Source: Gnetum montanum
Lineage: Eukaryota > Plantae > Gnetophyta
Direction: 5' to 3'
Assembly: GCA_015680685.1 (NCBI GenBank)
Contig: MNCI01000808.1
Location: 452,413 to 516,412 of the forward strand
Length of the DNA: 64,000 nucleotides
Every line of letters starts with the position of its first letter. Position 1 is the stretch's first letter. Below are positions 14,501-27,873 of the stretch, piece by piece. The notes beneath the pieces are model-generated. The model was not told the DNA's origin. It saw only the letters and a program-made list of their open reading frames with translations, and made no database searches. A program made the translations under genes and the position numbers.

Positions 14501-15400
14501 TGATAGGTATAAAATAGAATTTATTACTAAATGGGGGACATTTTGTTACAAAAGAAGTCCATTCAGATTATCAAATGCTAGAGCTACTTTCCAAAGAACA
14601 ATGAAGTTAGGTTTTAAAGATTTGATAGGCAAATTTGTTGTGGCTTATTTAGATGATATCACTGTTTCTTAAAAAAGGAAGAAAGATCATATCAATCAGC
14701 TCCAACAAGTTTTTGACAAATGTCATGAATATGGTATTTTATTAAATCCTAAATTTGGAAGTTTGCTAGGTCACATGATCTGTCAATAAGGAATTTCTAT
14801 AGATGACACATGAATTCAAGTAGTACAAAATATTGAACATCCAACAAACAAAAAGTCTATTAGATCTTTCTTTGGAATAATAAATTTCATTAAGAAGTTT
14901 ATCACAAGATTCACTAAAATTACTAAGCCTTTGAGGCATATGCTCAAGAAAGATATCTTAGTAAGGAAAACACTAGAGTCAGGGAAAAATTTGGTTGAGA
15001 TCAAAAGGGCTATTCAAGAAGCTCCATACTTGGTAAAACCAAGATTTAAGGAAGATTTATGGTTATATGCTTTTTCCTCAAATGATTTAATCATTTTCAT
15101 TTTGACCCAAAGAGAGAAAAGTCAAGATGAACCATGTGGATTTCTTGGATATTAATTAAAAGGTTTAGAATTAAATTATTTAGATATAGAGAAACAAGCA
15201 TTTGTAGTCATTAAAGCACTTCAGCATTTTAGATATTACTTGGAAAGCTCATTGGTTTATATTATCCTAATAGAACCTATGTAAAAGAAATTATTGGCTC
15301 AAAATGAGATTGAATTGAAAAGAGGGAAATGGCTTAAAAAACTTCAAAGTTTCAAATTTTCATTAGAGATATGCAAGACTACCCATTATTATAGCATTTG
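11600..15400 (+). pseudogene. gag-pol: gag-pol pseudogene of element B
   Basis: gag (RVFVANLKYMAEIWYLNIPRNSILSWDDM ~11670); protease (NLLVDSRATSTIM ~12940); aRH (WELYFDGPC..GVG, NKRDEYEAL 13390-13760); RT (FAWSYDDL, TKWGTFCY, AYLDDITV ~14645); RH (LYAFSS, YLDIEKQAFVVI). Many stops. Confidence 0.85.
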
Positions 15401-16493
15401 GACTAGGTAAGTTAAATTTTTCAATAGAAACCAATGTATGAAGTTAACGTCCTAGCTAATTTCCTAACCAAAGTGTGTGAAGAAAATTTCTTCACATGTG
15501 AGGGATTTTATGTGTAGGATGTAGGCATTTTGAGAGTATTTTTAACACAAAAACTAAGCATGGGAAGTTAAGTTTCTAGATAATTTTCCATATGCAATAT
15601 GTGGGAGCTAGATTTGTGATTGTAAACACATTCTCATAACATATTTCAGTCATCTTGACTTTTACCCATCTCTTGTGCCCAACATGCTATAACAAACCTA
15701 AGAATTTCAAGCTTCTTCTTGTAGTAGTCAAAGGAAAAACTATTAATCTAGTGATCATGGTGAAAAAGAAGGGATCAACAAACTAAAAATCAAAATTAAA
15801 GGATGTAGAGGAGGTTGTATAGATTATATTAAGGCTTCCAAATTGATCTTCATCAATGACTATTAGGTAACAATTTCTTTTCATTTTCTTCCATGTTTGT
15901 TCACATTGTAAAAATGTTTTTCCATTTCTATGATTGTTTCAATCAAGGATTTACATTCTAAATGTGTTTAATCCAAGATTTAGGTGTTTGGACCATGTTA
16001 GGAATGAAACTTAGGATTTTTGACATTTTTTTCACAAAGATTTGGATTTTTTTCCAAGCCATATGTGTAGTGTTCTAGCTTGTTTTGGTCATTTTTTGTG
16101 AAACTTTATTATTGTTTCTAGCTTGTATGTGCTAAGATTTCTAGGTTTTAACTACATAGAATTGTTGTTTGAGATTTTTGGCCATCCCAGAGGTGGACTT
16201 GGATTTTTAAAAAAAATTTCAAGGTTTTTTCTACAATCAATGAACTACAAACTAATGTTTAATCTAGCTAATTTTGGTGTAAAGTTATGGTTTTTGGCAT
16301 GTGTAAGTGTAGTGTTGTTAATGAATCTAGGTTATTCTAGCCATGTTCTCTACATCTATGATTGAAAATTATTTTTAAAGATTTTTTCTACATTTTTCCC
16401 AACTCTAAAAGCCTACACTGGTTAATTTGTATTTGTGATGTAGAGTTTTTGGTTTTTTCTCATCAATATTGACAACAATTGAGTGTTTGGGAC

Positions 16494-18535
16494 TGAAAAC
16501 ACCACAAAATTTTGGCCTACCACTTTCAGACAAGATTCAAGCTAAGTCATGTAGCTACCCAAGCATGAATATAGCATGACCAAACTTGAAGGCCTCCGAA
16601 ACACCCCCTGATGGTTCACGATTCAATAGGCAAGGTCCCCCCAGGACCCATAGGTGACTGAACCAACTTCTGGCATCTAGAATCAAAATTTTTGGGCTCA
16701 AAATACTTGGGTTTGGCTAAGTACACTTTGGTCACACTGTGGCTTATGATGCACAGCGTAAGGATTAGCGTAACCAACTTTTGGAGCCCCAAAACTGAGT
16801 CAAAATAGGCTAAAATCGAGCACCAGGATCCCCATGACCTTCATCAAGGCCCCCAGCAGCTCCTAGCCTCTAGAAAATCAAAATTTGGGCCTTAAATGAG
16901 GCATTTTCAGTTGATTACGCTGGAGCTATATTTTCATACGCTGCACAACGCATGAACAACGTGACCAAGCTAAAACAGCCCAATTCAGGCATCTCAAGGC
17001 AAAATTTTGACATGGATTTGACTCCTAGGAGCTGGGCACCAGTTGTATATGATCAAAAGCCCCAAAAACTCAAAGATTGACCCTCAAGTGATGCATTCTT
17101 TAGTTCATACACTGAGCTTACGTTGCACAACGTAAGCATAGTGTAACCAAGCAAAAATAGGGCAAAACAAGCAGTTTTAGATAGCATCTTTGACACCAGA
17201 CCAACCCACAAGGACTGGCAGCACTTGTACTTGTTCACAGACTTCAAAAATCTATAATTTTGGCTTCAAACATACCATTTAAACTTGGTCAAGATAGGGT
17301 CACACTTTGGTCACGTTGCACAGCATGACCACAACATGACCAAACTAAATAGACTTGAAACAGAAATAAAATAGAGTCAAAATCAACACCCAAACCACCT
17401 TGGAGAGTAGGCAGTAATCAAGCATCAAAAAAGGGGATCAACATCCAAAAATTAGCTTAAAACAGAGCATGAACACTTGGTCACGCTGGGATCACACTTT
17501 GGTCATGCTGCACAGCGTGACCACAACATGACCAACCAAAACAAAGCCAAAATAGCCTTTGAATAAGCTCAAACTTGACAAGAAGCACCCTCTGGACCTC
17601 AGGCATCTAGATCCACTCTTGGAATAGGCTTCAGGGATTGAAAATGGGCTCCAAATTCATCATTTTTGGTTCATATGCTGGATGATCACACATCGGATGC
17701 TGGACGCTGACACCAAGACGCTAGGACACACCAGACCATAGTTTCAGAAGGCCAGAGAAAAAAATTCTTTGTTGTAACAAAGAATTATTTTGTAAATTTT
17801 CTTTTGTTATTCTTTGAGCATGCCAAGCTCTTATGCCGTGGATTGCACATGCTAGTGTAAGACTTGGTCATGCTAGACACTGTACATTGTAACATTTCGT
17901 GCATCCGGTCAACGCATACACCTGTCATCCGATCTGAATTTTTCTCACCCCGCAGCCACTAATTTGCTCCCAGATCCAAATATCATCCCAAAAACCCTAT
18001 AAATCTCCTATTTTTTTATTAGATGAAGGTGGAAAAATGGGAATCTCACACACTTAGGAAATATGGGCATCAATCTCATACGCTGGGCTTCATGCAGACT
18101 TGGGCGTTGTACACCTGAAATCCAAAGCCTACATCTTCCTACCATCTGTTCTCATCCATCGAGGCTACACGTCCACCTTGTGACCAATCTGCAATTGCGT
18201 TCTGACCAGTGCACATTCTAATTGTTTATCAATACAAGCAGTTTACATTATTTTTCATGTTCACATTCTTTCTATTTTCATTCTTTAAGTAGTTTACATT
18301 CATTTTCATTTTTTTACGTTCATTTTTGCATTTTTTTTTTACGTATAACCCAACGCACCGCAATTGCGTACATTCGGGGAAGCCCTCATTTGATCCACGT
18401 GCAGACCATTCAAGGCACTCTGCCTCCATTAATTTCCAGCTTGCCCTCAGGCAAAGGTAGGGTCTTACTATTTCATCCATAGATCTCTCGGCGCTCATTC
18501 ATTCCAGCCTCTCACCGACGATTTTGGACGGTATA
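16494..18535 (+). mobile_element. Solo LTR (2042 bp) with GGGAC target-site duplication
   Basis: Starts TGAAAACACC and ends ..gacggtata. GGGAC at 16489-16493 and 18536-18540. The 5' part matches the reverse complement of the PPT-preceded LTR ending at 63435. TATA ccctataaat at ~17995. Confidence 0.88.
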
Positions 18536-19471
18536 GGGACCTTGGTTGAGTATCGTGGATTTTTTCTACTTCCATGACTAGCATGTAACTACCTAGGCCT
18601 TATAAGAGTAGAGTATGATACTCCTTGGCATTATTGGGTAGCATATGAGGCATTTTGATTTGTCCAATCTTAGAAGCTAGTAAATTCAAGCATTTATGTT
18701 TCACCAAGCCCAATGCTATCAATTTTGCTCACTAGTTTCATGTAATTTCAATTTTCATGATGTTTCCAATTTTCATAATAACTATTTGTTGAAATGCTTA
18801 AGTTAGTCAAACCTTATCTTTGGTGTTTAAGCTTTATGTCAAGTGTAATCTTGGTTAGATTCATGAATTTTGGCTAGCTTATATTTTGGTTTCCATTGTC
18901 AAAGTTATCAATTTTTATGTTTAATTTGTTTTAATGGTAATTCATATTCTACAGGTTCAATGTTTTGCTTGTTTATGGGCTCTTAGTGAATGAAGATGAT
19001 GGCTTCAAAAAAATTCCCCTCTTCCCATGATTTGATCTAAGCTATTGATGGTGGTAATGAGTTATTGTTAGGTGTTATGGTTACTAGATTATTGCTATAT
19101 TTATGGCTTCAAGGACTATGTATCATACCTTTGTATTACACTGTGCAACAATGGGTATGGTCACGGGTTACCTAGCCTTATTTGACATTTATAATATTGT
19201 GCATTAACTAGCTTAATACTATTCTTTGGCTACTAATTTTTAGTTTTTTATGTTTTGTATTTTTATAGATTTTATATTTTTATGTAAAAATATTAAAACT
19301 GAAAACACTGATAAAAGGAAAGCCTGCAAAGTAAAACTCTATAGTGTAATGGAATAAAATGAAAACTGTAAAACCAAAAATAAACATGCAAGTAAAGATT
19401 ATAACCAATGTTATTAAGTAAATAGGCCACATGTAAACACTAGGAAATGAAGTAGATGCTATCCTATATTA

Positions 19472-19617
19472 CCAATTTTAGGACCTAGTAGGCCATGGCT
19501 TCACCAGTTTGAGGCCTTGGCAGGCCATGATTTACTAATTTTAGGCCCTAGTAGGCCACCAGTTTTAGGCATTGGTAGGGCATCATGTTGCTAGTTTTAG
19601 GCCTTGGTAGGCCATGG
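19472..19617 (-). repeat. Degenerate ~30-bp tandem repeat after the protease of F
   Basis: Units such as catggcctaccaaggcctaaaactagca (minus strand), similar to the ggcccgcaacggcctaaaactagta unit of C. Confidence 0.7.
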
Positions 19618-19749
19618 TCATACTCATCTAGAAAGTATGAGATAATTTCAAGAAATCATATAAGAATAAAATGAATAGTAAAAAATGACATCAGGCTACA
19701 AAAGTAAATAAATAAGTGTTGAGAAATGAAGGGATAAGCTATCTATTGT

Positions 19750-22700
19750 GAATTTGTTTTTTGATATCTAACAGATCAATAGGTATCTCATGCATAATGT
19801 TAGTTTCACCATTCCTCTTGTTCAATATGACAAGTAGAAAGTGTTCTCATTAATCTTCCAATATTTTAGCATTGACAATGTTAGCATTATTTTCATTGTT
19901 ATTGTTGTTATTGACCCTAGCTTGAGTATTAGGAGTTTTATCTTGAAACTCTACCTCCAAACCCCATTTAATGCTGACATTGTTAACAGATGAAAAAAAC
20001 ATATTATCCCCATGATTGACAACTTTATCATCTTTGTATGATAAATGACTCTCTTGGTGTATGGGAGATGAGACTACTTCAAGCTTAGCCAACCATGGTC
20101 TTTGTAGAATCAAGTTAAAACTAGATGTTTCTTTAACCACTAGAAAGTTGGAAAATGTGAAAAACTATTTCCTAGCTATAAAGTCTAATGAGATAGAATC
20201 TTGTACTACTACCTACAATCCCTTTAATGACTTGAGCATAAAGGTGGAGGTTTCCTAGATATTTTTAGCTGGGCCCAGTTTCTTAATAATTGTAAATGGT
20301 CTCACATTAGTTTCTACCCCATCATCTACATGGAAAAAATGAATCTTGTACTTCCCAAAGTCTATGGTAATGAGGAGAGGAGTAGATAGCACTTCTATTT
20401 TGTGAGTCAAATTTTCACCTCACTATCATCAAAGATAAGTGTGGGATGATGTTGGTTTTTACTAAGTGAAGTTTACTTAATAACAAAGTGAATGGATTCT
20501 TTGTTAGTAGGCATGTATCCATTCAATGAAATAGAAGTCAACATTTAAGCTAGCACATCTCTATGAGTAGGAGAGATGATGAATAGGTCATATAGATTCA
20601 CGTATGTATTCTTTTATTTTGGATTTAGCTTGTTCCATTTTTGCAAGGAAATTTCTATTATTGGATGTAATTTATTAGCCTTAGTAGTTTTAATTTCCTT
20701 CATTCTTCCTAGAATTTTTGGCTCATGTCTTGACATGCATTGCTCGAATCCCTTGCTTATGACTATTTTATGATTCTCTGTTGGTTGATTTTTTGATCTA
20801 GTTTGGACAATAGATTTCACAAGTAGAACTATTCTTAATGTAGGTTTTGGTGGGTTAGCTTGCTTCCAAACTTTCTATTATTGGCTATCTTCAGTGGGCT
20901 AAGTCATTGGTTTGGTGACATGCTATTTTCATTACCATTGTAGTGGTGATTTCTTGTTACATGGTGATGACATTATAAAGGTATTAGCCATAATGGATAA
21001 ACATTAGTTATGAGTTGTCATAAGTTTTTTGTTGATGGTGGAGAAACTTTGATAACAAATGGTTTCCTAGCTTTAGTTGGATTGATAACGCATTTTTTAG
21101 GTTATTATGTTAATGCTACTAAAGGTACAATATGTATGATAAAAGGGTCTTTAGGGGTTTGGGGTGGTAATACCCATATAAAAACATTGCTCTAGGATTT
21201 AGATTCTAAGACCAATGTGGAACCTTGATGATAAATGATTTTATAGAAGGACTAGATTGATGGGATGTCAGAAATGGGGCTATTGTATAACAGTTATTGT
21301 TGGTATTTAGAGAATTGGGTTCATTCAACACTAGCTCTTCCTAATTAATCATCTTCTTGACATCATCTTTCACTGCAAGAAAAACATTAGTATCATGACG
21401 AGCTAATTGATGATAGTGGAAAAACCTATTAAGATGAAAATACTTTGATAGTTTTGAATCATCTTTGGTTACCATTGTTGGATGACTAGCTATCTTACAT
21501 AAATGATCATGTCTCTTATGAGCTTCCTCAAACTATTTATTATGTTAAATTCAATTCTCTTTAAGTAACTATTCTAGAAGCTCAAAGGGTTTCACAGGAA
21601 ACTTTATATACTTGGTTATGTCCTTGCATTCAAAGTTAGGTCTTAGTTCATTGAAAGTATACAAAGTAGATGGTTCAGATGGGTCAGAAGATGTGTTGTG
21701 TGGTACAGAATTTTGTCTTGCTAATTGTTTGGGATTTTTGTTACTATAGCCATGATTTCTTATGCTTGTTTGGTCTAATCCTTGTCCCTTCTAATGTATT
21801 GGTTTTTCTAGGTTACATAGGCTGAATCATTGATATCTTCTTCCACCTTTTCTATGTTCTTAATTTGAGAAAATTCTTGACTAAGTAACCAAGAATCAAA
21901 GTAGTACATTTTGAACTTGATAAAATCATTAATAGCTCCTTTGAAGATGGCTAGTAGTTGGAGTTTAGAGATAAGCTCAGAAATTTCATTAAATATTGTA
22001 TTCCATCACTCAATAAACTTCTGGATCAATTCAAGTGGCCCCTGATTCACCTTCATAAGTCAATATAATGTCATATCAAACTTCAAGTTGTATTTAAATT
22101 GGTTGACAAATTGTTCTATCAAGTCTTCAAGGGAGAATACAAAACCTCTAGGTAAGGTTTAGTACCAAGGCTAAGTCTTTCCTTTTAGGAATATAGGGAA
22201 AATCTTTAGTATCATTTGAGGCCATGCTTGCAACAGGAGGTACTCATACTAAAAGGTGACAAGATGTGCATCAAGATCTCCTTCACCATTATATTTGATG
22301 AATTTTGGAATAGTCATGCTTATAGGTAATGTGATTTGAAGGATAGCAAGATTGATAAAATCATCTTAATAGAAGTCCATAACCTTCATCGTTTGAGTGG
22401 CACTCAACCTTCAATTTTTGCAGCTTCTCTGTAAGGTCCTAGATTAGTTGAAAGGCTTGATTTAGGCCTTGTGGAGATCTTAAGGACTGTCCTTGTGATT
22501 GATGAATAGTTGGTGATTGTGAATGGGTAATGGTATAAACTGAAGGGATATGTGATAAACACTATGGGAGAATTAAATAGAGAGAATGATGTTTGTATAG
22601 GGACATGAGCAACGAAAGGGGTATTAGAAACAATGAGATTAGGTGAAGCGTGTGGAATTTGTATTCTAGTAGAAGGACCAACAAAAACTATAAAAGTTTG

Positions 22701-23300
22701 AGGCATGGAGGCTATTACTAGTGAATCTTGAGGTACTGTACTGAAAGGTGCTAAATTAGATAGTCAAGTAAGTAAGGAAGTAGGTTGAAATCTTGGATTT
22801 GTAGAGGTCACAAGGAAATTTTGGTTCACTACTGAAGCTAAAGGCATAGAGTTTAACATGATCACCTCTAGGATAGATCATTACAAAAGGTTCCGTAAGA
22901 ACATATCTAGCGCATAATAAGCTCTAAACTCATCTTAATCCTCTGGGTTAGATACTAAACTAACTATTTCACTCACCTTACTATCATCATCTATACTTAC
23001 TAACTGCACTAATAGGTGTATATAGAATCTAGATAATTCAATACAGTCATATGTTGAAGAAATATATTCCTTTCCATCCTTGTGGATCAACTCATATTGA
23101 TGCTTAGAGTCGAACTCTTTGGATGGGATATGTATGTCCACATGGATTTTTATGCATATGAAGTTGTAATATTATTTCTTAATATTTACATGAACTAAGA
23201 TAAGTCTTAACTGCCTATGCGTCACTACGGCTAGGTCCTTAAAGATCATATACATGAGTAGATTCCTAGTTTGAGGCCATGACTACTATGTTGTATGGTA
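19750..23300 (-). pseudogene. gag: gag-protease pseudogene of element F
   Basis: HQYELIHKDGKEYISSTYDCIELSRFY (22935-23141) matches C's HYELIYKGGQDFTPTAYDYIPLTKHY. SFNLILQRPWLAKLEVVSSPIHQE (19850-20140) matches C's GFNLILGRSWLAQLRAVSSSIHQE. Confidence 0.85.
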
Positions 23301-24057
23301 GAATGATTAATGTGAAAGGCATAGACTACATAAGATCAAATAATTAGTCAAGTGTAATAAAGAATTTACTATTTTAAACAATCTATAGCCTGTAGCACAT
23401 AAGCTTGTAGCTTATAGGCTTGTTTAATTTGTAGAGTATTTAAGGTGTAGCATATAAGACAATCTTTAGCTTATAACAGATCTAGCATATAAGATAAGCT
23501 ATAACATATGAGGGCTATAGCGTATGCAACTATAGTGTATAAGACTGCAGCATATGAAACTATAGCTTAAATAAAGTGTAACATATTTGGCTAAAATGTG
23601 TGTGTAAAAGGAGGAAACATAAAGTGAATTAGAACTACAATCACAATAATAATAATTTTTTCTAGCATATTTAAGTATCATTGAGGAAAAATTAGAAAAG
23701 ACTTTAGAATATGTGATGGAAATTTTGTGCAACTGCAAACATAGAAACCCAATGAAAACTTGAAAAACTACAAATGTAGGAAGTAGGGAAACTGTAGAGC
23801 ACTGAAATGGTAAGAAAAATTTTTAAACTATAAAAATGCAAGAAACAGGGACAAGGCTATTCATTGTAATGGTCAAATAGCAAAAAATAATTTAAAAGTA
23901 ATTTTTATAATTGTAACTGTGAAAACTAGCTATGATGTAAAACATTGGATTATAGAAAACCTAGAATGATTTTTATTTTTTCAAATATGCTACATAAGGT
24001 AGTAGTAGATAGAGAGTATTATTGTATATGGGTTTTAGATGAAGAACTTTGGTGAAG

Positions 24058-24075
24058 GGCCTCCTTCTACCACTA
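24058..24075 (-). promoter_or_regulatory. PBS (tRNA-Asn type) of element F
   Basis: Minus strand reads ttata|gttttc-tagtggtagaaggaggccc. Confidence 0.7.
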
Positions 24076-24081
24076 GAAAAC

Positions 24082-25142
24082 TATAACAATGGAAAAATCA
24101 ATGCAAGAAAATCAAAATGTTTCACACAAAATAGTTTTAACCTCAAGATCTACAAGCCTTGAAAGGATCTAGAGCACCGTAGGTAGTCTTTTTGATCACC
24201 TAGGAACTTATAAAATCTATTACAATGTGTAATATACAAGAACAAATCAAAGCATATGAAACAAGGATTTAGCATTGGACAAAGAGTGAAGAAAGATGTA
24301 TGAACTATGCAAAAATATGGCAAAAAAAACTACAAATATTTGTATTAAAAATTATAAAATATTATAAATAAATAGGTTCATAGAATACAAGTTGGTGGGA
24401 TTTAAAAGCACAAGAATATAGAAATAACTTTGAAATCTGGTGGAGGAGGCAAGGTGTGTTCTGCAATGGTCTCGTAATCAATCTACACTATAATGAATGT
24501 TGTTGTAAATCTTTCCTACTCTCACTGATCTCTAGTGAAAAGGCTACAAAAGGTTGTCGAATCTATACTAATTTCTCCATTCTTTGTTAAAACTAGGTCT
24601 TTTGCTAGAAAATACTCTCCTTTATGTGTTAAAAAGATCTGCCAAAAAGTCCTGAGAATGGTATTGATTTTAGTATAAATAGGCCTTGAATTTTCTCTTT
24701 TAGTGTCAATTATGTGATCATATTTTTTCTAAGTCATTACATGATGTTTCTAGACCATTTTAATGTTAAAAAAATGTAGCATATAGGTCACTAGCATATC
24801 TAACGTTTTTTGTCATGTTTAATAGCATTTTTGAACTAATTCACTACCAAAAACTACAATGTATGGGACATCAACGTTTTTGACTTTTTGTGCCAAATTT
24901 GATGGGTTTTTGACATTTTAGCTTCAGTATGCTAGCATAATGAAATTCATAGTTTGTGAGCTATGAATTCATTTTACATATTAAAAATAAACTACAATTC
25001 TGTTAACATAAGGTCATAAGATAGCATTTTTGAATGGAAATCAAGGCATTTATGATTGCTCTTGAATCCATTCAAATTATATGATAAGAATTTGGCTACC
25101 AAACTTCTTATTTGCAACATAAATTTTACATTAGGTGTTTCA
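24082..25142 (-). repeat. 5' LTR of element F (~1061 bp)
   Basis: Termini tgaaacacc / ttttccattgttata match the termini of C's LTRs; adjacent PBS. Confidence 0.7.
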
Positions 25143-25149
25143 CTCCTAC

Positions 25150-27868
25150 AATTCATGTAGCTAGCCTAACAGTTTTAAGTTGATCTAAGCTAATCTTAGA
25201 TCTTCTTAACCTAATCTATCATGTACAAAACTATATCCAAATGAATGTATTACCTAGCGTAAATCTCCTATTAAGAAAATAATCTTGAAAGGTATATAAT
25301 ATAAAATCTCATAACATGCTACTCCCAAACTCACTTGATAGTTGTTGTTATAGGTAAATTCAATCAATGATAGACTATCTTGGCTATCTGAGAATTACAA
25401 AGCATAAGGCTGAAGTATGTTCCCCAAAATCTAGTTGATTCTCTCAACTTACATATTCATCTATGGATGGTATGTTGAATTAAAATTTAGCCTAGTACTC
25501 ATGCTATTCATGAATTCTTACTAAAATCAAAAAGTAAATTTGACACCATGATTGAAGACAATTTTGATAGAAATGCCATGCAATCCTACAATATTAGAGC
25601 TAAATAACTATGTAACATCGTTTGTACTAGCTATCACCTTCATATCAAGGAAATATATTGACTTGATTAAAAATAAAAACTAACAAAGATTTAATGTTTT
25701 CTACCCCTAATATAGGATAAACTAGTAATGAAATTCATATCAATCACTTTCCACTTTTACTATGGAATATTGTGAAGGTATAAGTAGCTACTTGGTTACT
25801 AATGCTCAAGCTTAACTTGTTGTCAAATTAAGCATTTTTTCAGGAACTCTCTAACTTGGATTTTCATGCTTGACCATTAATACAACTTATCATCTAATAC
25901 ATCTTATTTCTACCAAGATGTATCTGAGACTTACTGAGGTGAGTTTCCTCCAGTTGACATTTTTTCAAAGAGTTAAGCATACATACCTAATCCTTACAAC
26001 AAAGAACCTTGAGTACATCTACTGCATAAGTTGCTTGTACCAAGAATTTTACAACTACTCTACACAAATATCATCTAGCATTTTTGAATCTATGAAGCTT
26101 ACCAATCACAGAGCTCAAGGCATCGACAACAATGTTGCTTTTGCCTAAATAATAATAGATCGTAAAGTTAAAATTAACAAACAATTCAACTAACTTCCTT
26201 CAATGTAGGTCAAACTATGGCTAATCCATCAAGTACTATAGCCCTTTGTGATCAATCCAAATTATCAACTTCTCACTAAACAAATAATGATGCCAGATAT
26301 TCAAGGTAAGAAAAATCACTTCTAACTCAAGATCATGAATGAAATAATACATCTCATAAGCCTTTAGTTGCCTTGAAGCATACATTATCACTTTTCCCTC
26401 TTGAATGAAGACACACTCATAACCTTTACCTAATTAATTATTATAGACATTATATGGTTTAACTAATGTATGTAAAATAAGAACAAGAGTTAAAATTAGT
26501 CTACACTTAAGTTCATCAAAAGTAGCCTAACATTTTAGATCCCACAAGAACCCAACATCCTTCTATAATTCGTGAGAGACGAAGTAAATTGGCAGAAGTT
26601 TTCAATGAATATCCTACAGTAACCTACTAAACCAAGGGAATTGTGAAACTTTTTAACATTCTTAGTGATAGGTTAATTCTAAATAATTGATATCTTAGCA
26701 AGGTCTACTACTATACCAACCTCTAAAATAATGTGTCCCAAGAATTGAGTCTTAGAGCATGCCAAAGATTAAATGAATAACTAATGCTTCCTAGACATCT
26801 ATAAAAATGTTCTTAAATGTTTGCTCATGAAGATCCTTTAACAATGAGCACACAAAAATATCATCAATGAAAACAATGAAAAAAATGATCTAGGTAAGGT
26901 CTCATCACATGATTTATGAGATGCATGAATATAATAAGAGCATTAGTAAGTCTAAATGGTAGGACCATGAATTCATAATATTCTTACCAAGTCTTGAAGG
27001 TTATCTTGGGGACATCCTTCTTCTTGATGTGAACATAATGATACAATAGTTCATATCTATCTTTACGAATACCCTAGCATATCTATCTTTAAGAACATCC
27101 AAAATTTTCTTAGTTGATTAAATAAATCATCTATGTAGGCCAAAGAATACTTGTTCTTCATAGTCACCTTATTGAGCTATAAATAATTGATGCTAAATTC
27201 TTTCAATCATCCTTATTCTTACAAACAAAATAGAATCACTTGAATAAAGCATACTTGAATGATTCAAATTTTCATCAAAAAGATCCTAATGTTGAATCTT
27301 TAGTTTAGCCAACTTGACAAATGACATCATGTGTCAAATCCTAGAGATTGACTCAATTCTTGGTAACTCAACATCATGTCTTAAAGGTAAACTCAAAATA
27401 TTTGAATGGAATACTTAACAAAACACACAAATGATAGGAATATAATCAATCCCCTATGAATAAGAAATTTTATTGATGGAAACTATGAAGAAGGAATGAT
27501 CCTTTCATAACAAGTAGTGAAACAATCTTTAAAAAATAAAATTCAACTTAATCTTGTGCATCCTAGTATGTACAGTCACCTAAACATCATCATTTGTAAC
27601 CAAGAAAAGTATCTTACTATAATAATTCAAACTATCATTATAGTAAGATAACCTATCCATACCTAATCTGATGTCATAATCTCCTAAAATTATGATGTGA
27701 AGATCACTAAGCTAAGAGACATCCTAGATCATCAAAAATACAAATCTACAGACTTAATCCATATCAAGCATACTACCACCAATAATGCTAATAGAAATCT
27801 CTTTAATAAGAAAATAAATTTTTAAATCCAAACATCTAATTACCTATGGGTCAAAAAAATAATGGCTA
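25150..27868 (-). pseudogene. pol: Element G (part 1): very degraded RT-RH-INT of a chromovirus-like (Tekay/Del-like) gypsy element
   Basis: Minus strand ~27060-26940 reads [34 protein letters not shown] (cf. [35 protein letters not shown]). RH remnant HDLELEVIFLTLNIWHHYLF near 26330. Confidence 0.7.
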
Positions 27869-27873
27869 GTAGT

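Larger units (their letters stand above)
9300..15420 (+). mobile_element. Element B: degraded Tat-type LTR retrotransposon, order GAG-PROT-aRH-RT-RH, truncated before integrase; left boundary uncertain
   Basis: LTR end ...gtcgtcaaca at 11145 followed by a degenerate tRNA-Asn PBS. Recognisable domain remnants downstream. Confidence 0.75.
19400..25142 (-). mobile_element. Element F: degraded relative of element C (5' LTR, PBS, gag-protease, tandem repeat); may extend left to ~15420
   Basis: The minus-strand LTR begins tgaaacacc (25142) and ends ttttccattgttata (24082), followed by a tRNA-Asn PBS. gag and protease fragments are homologous to C. Confidence 0.8.
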
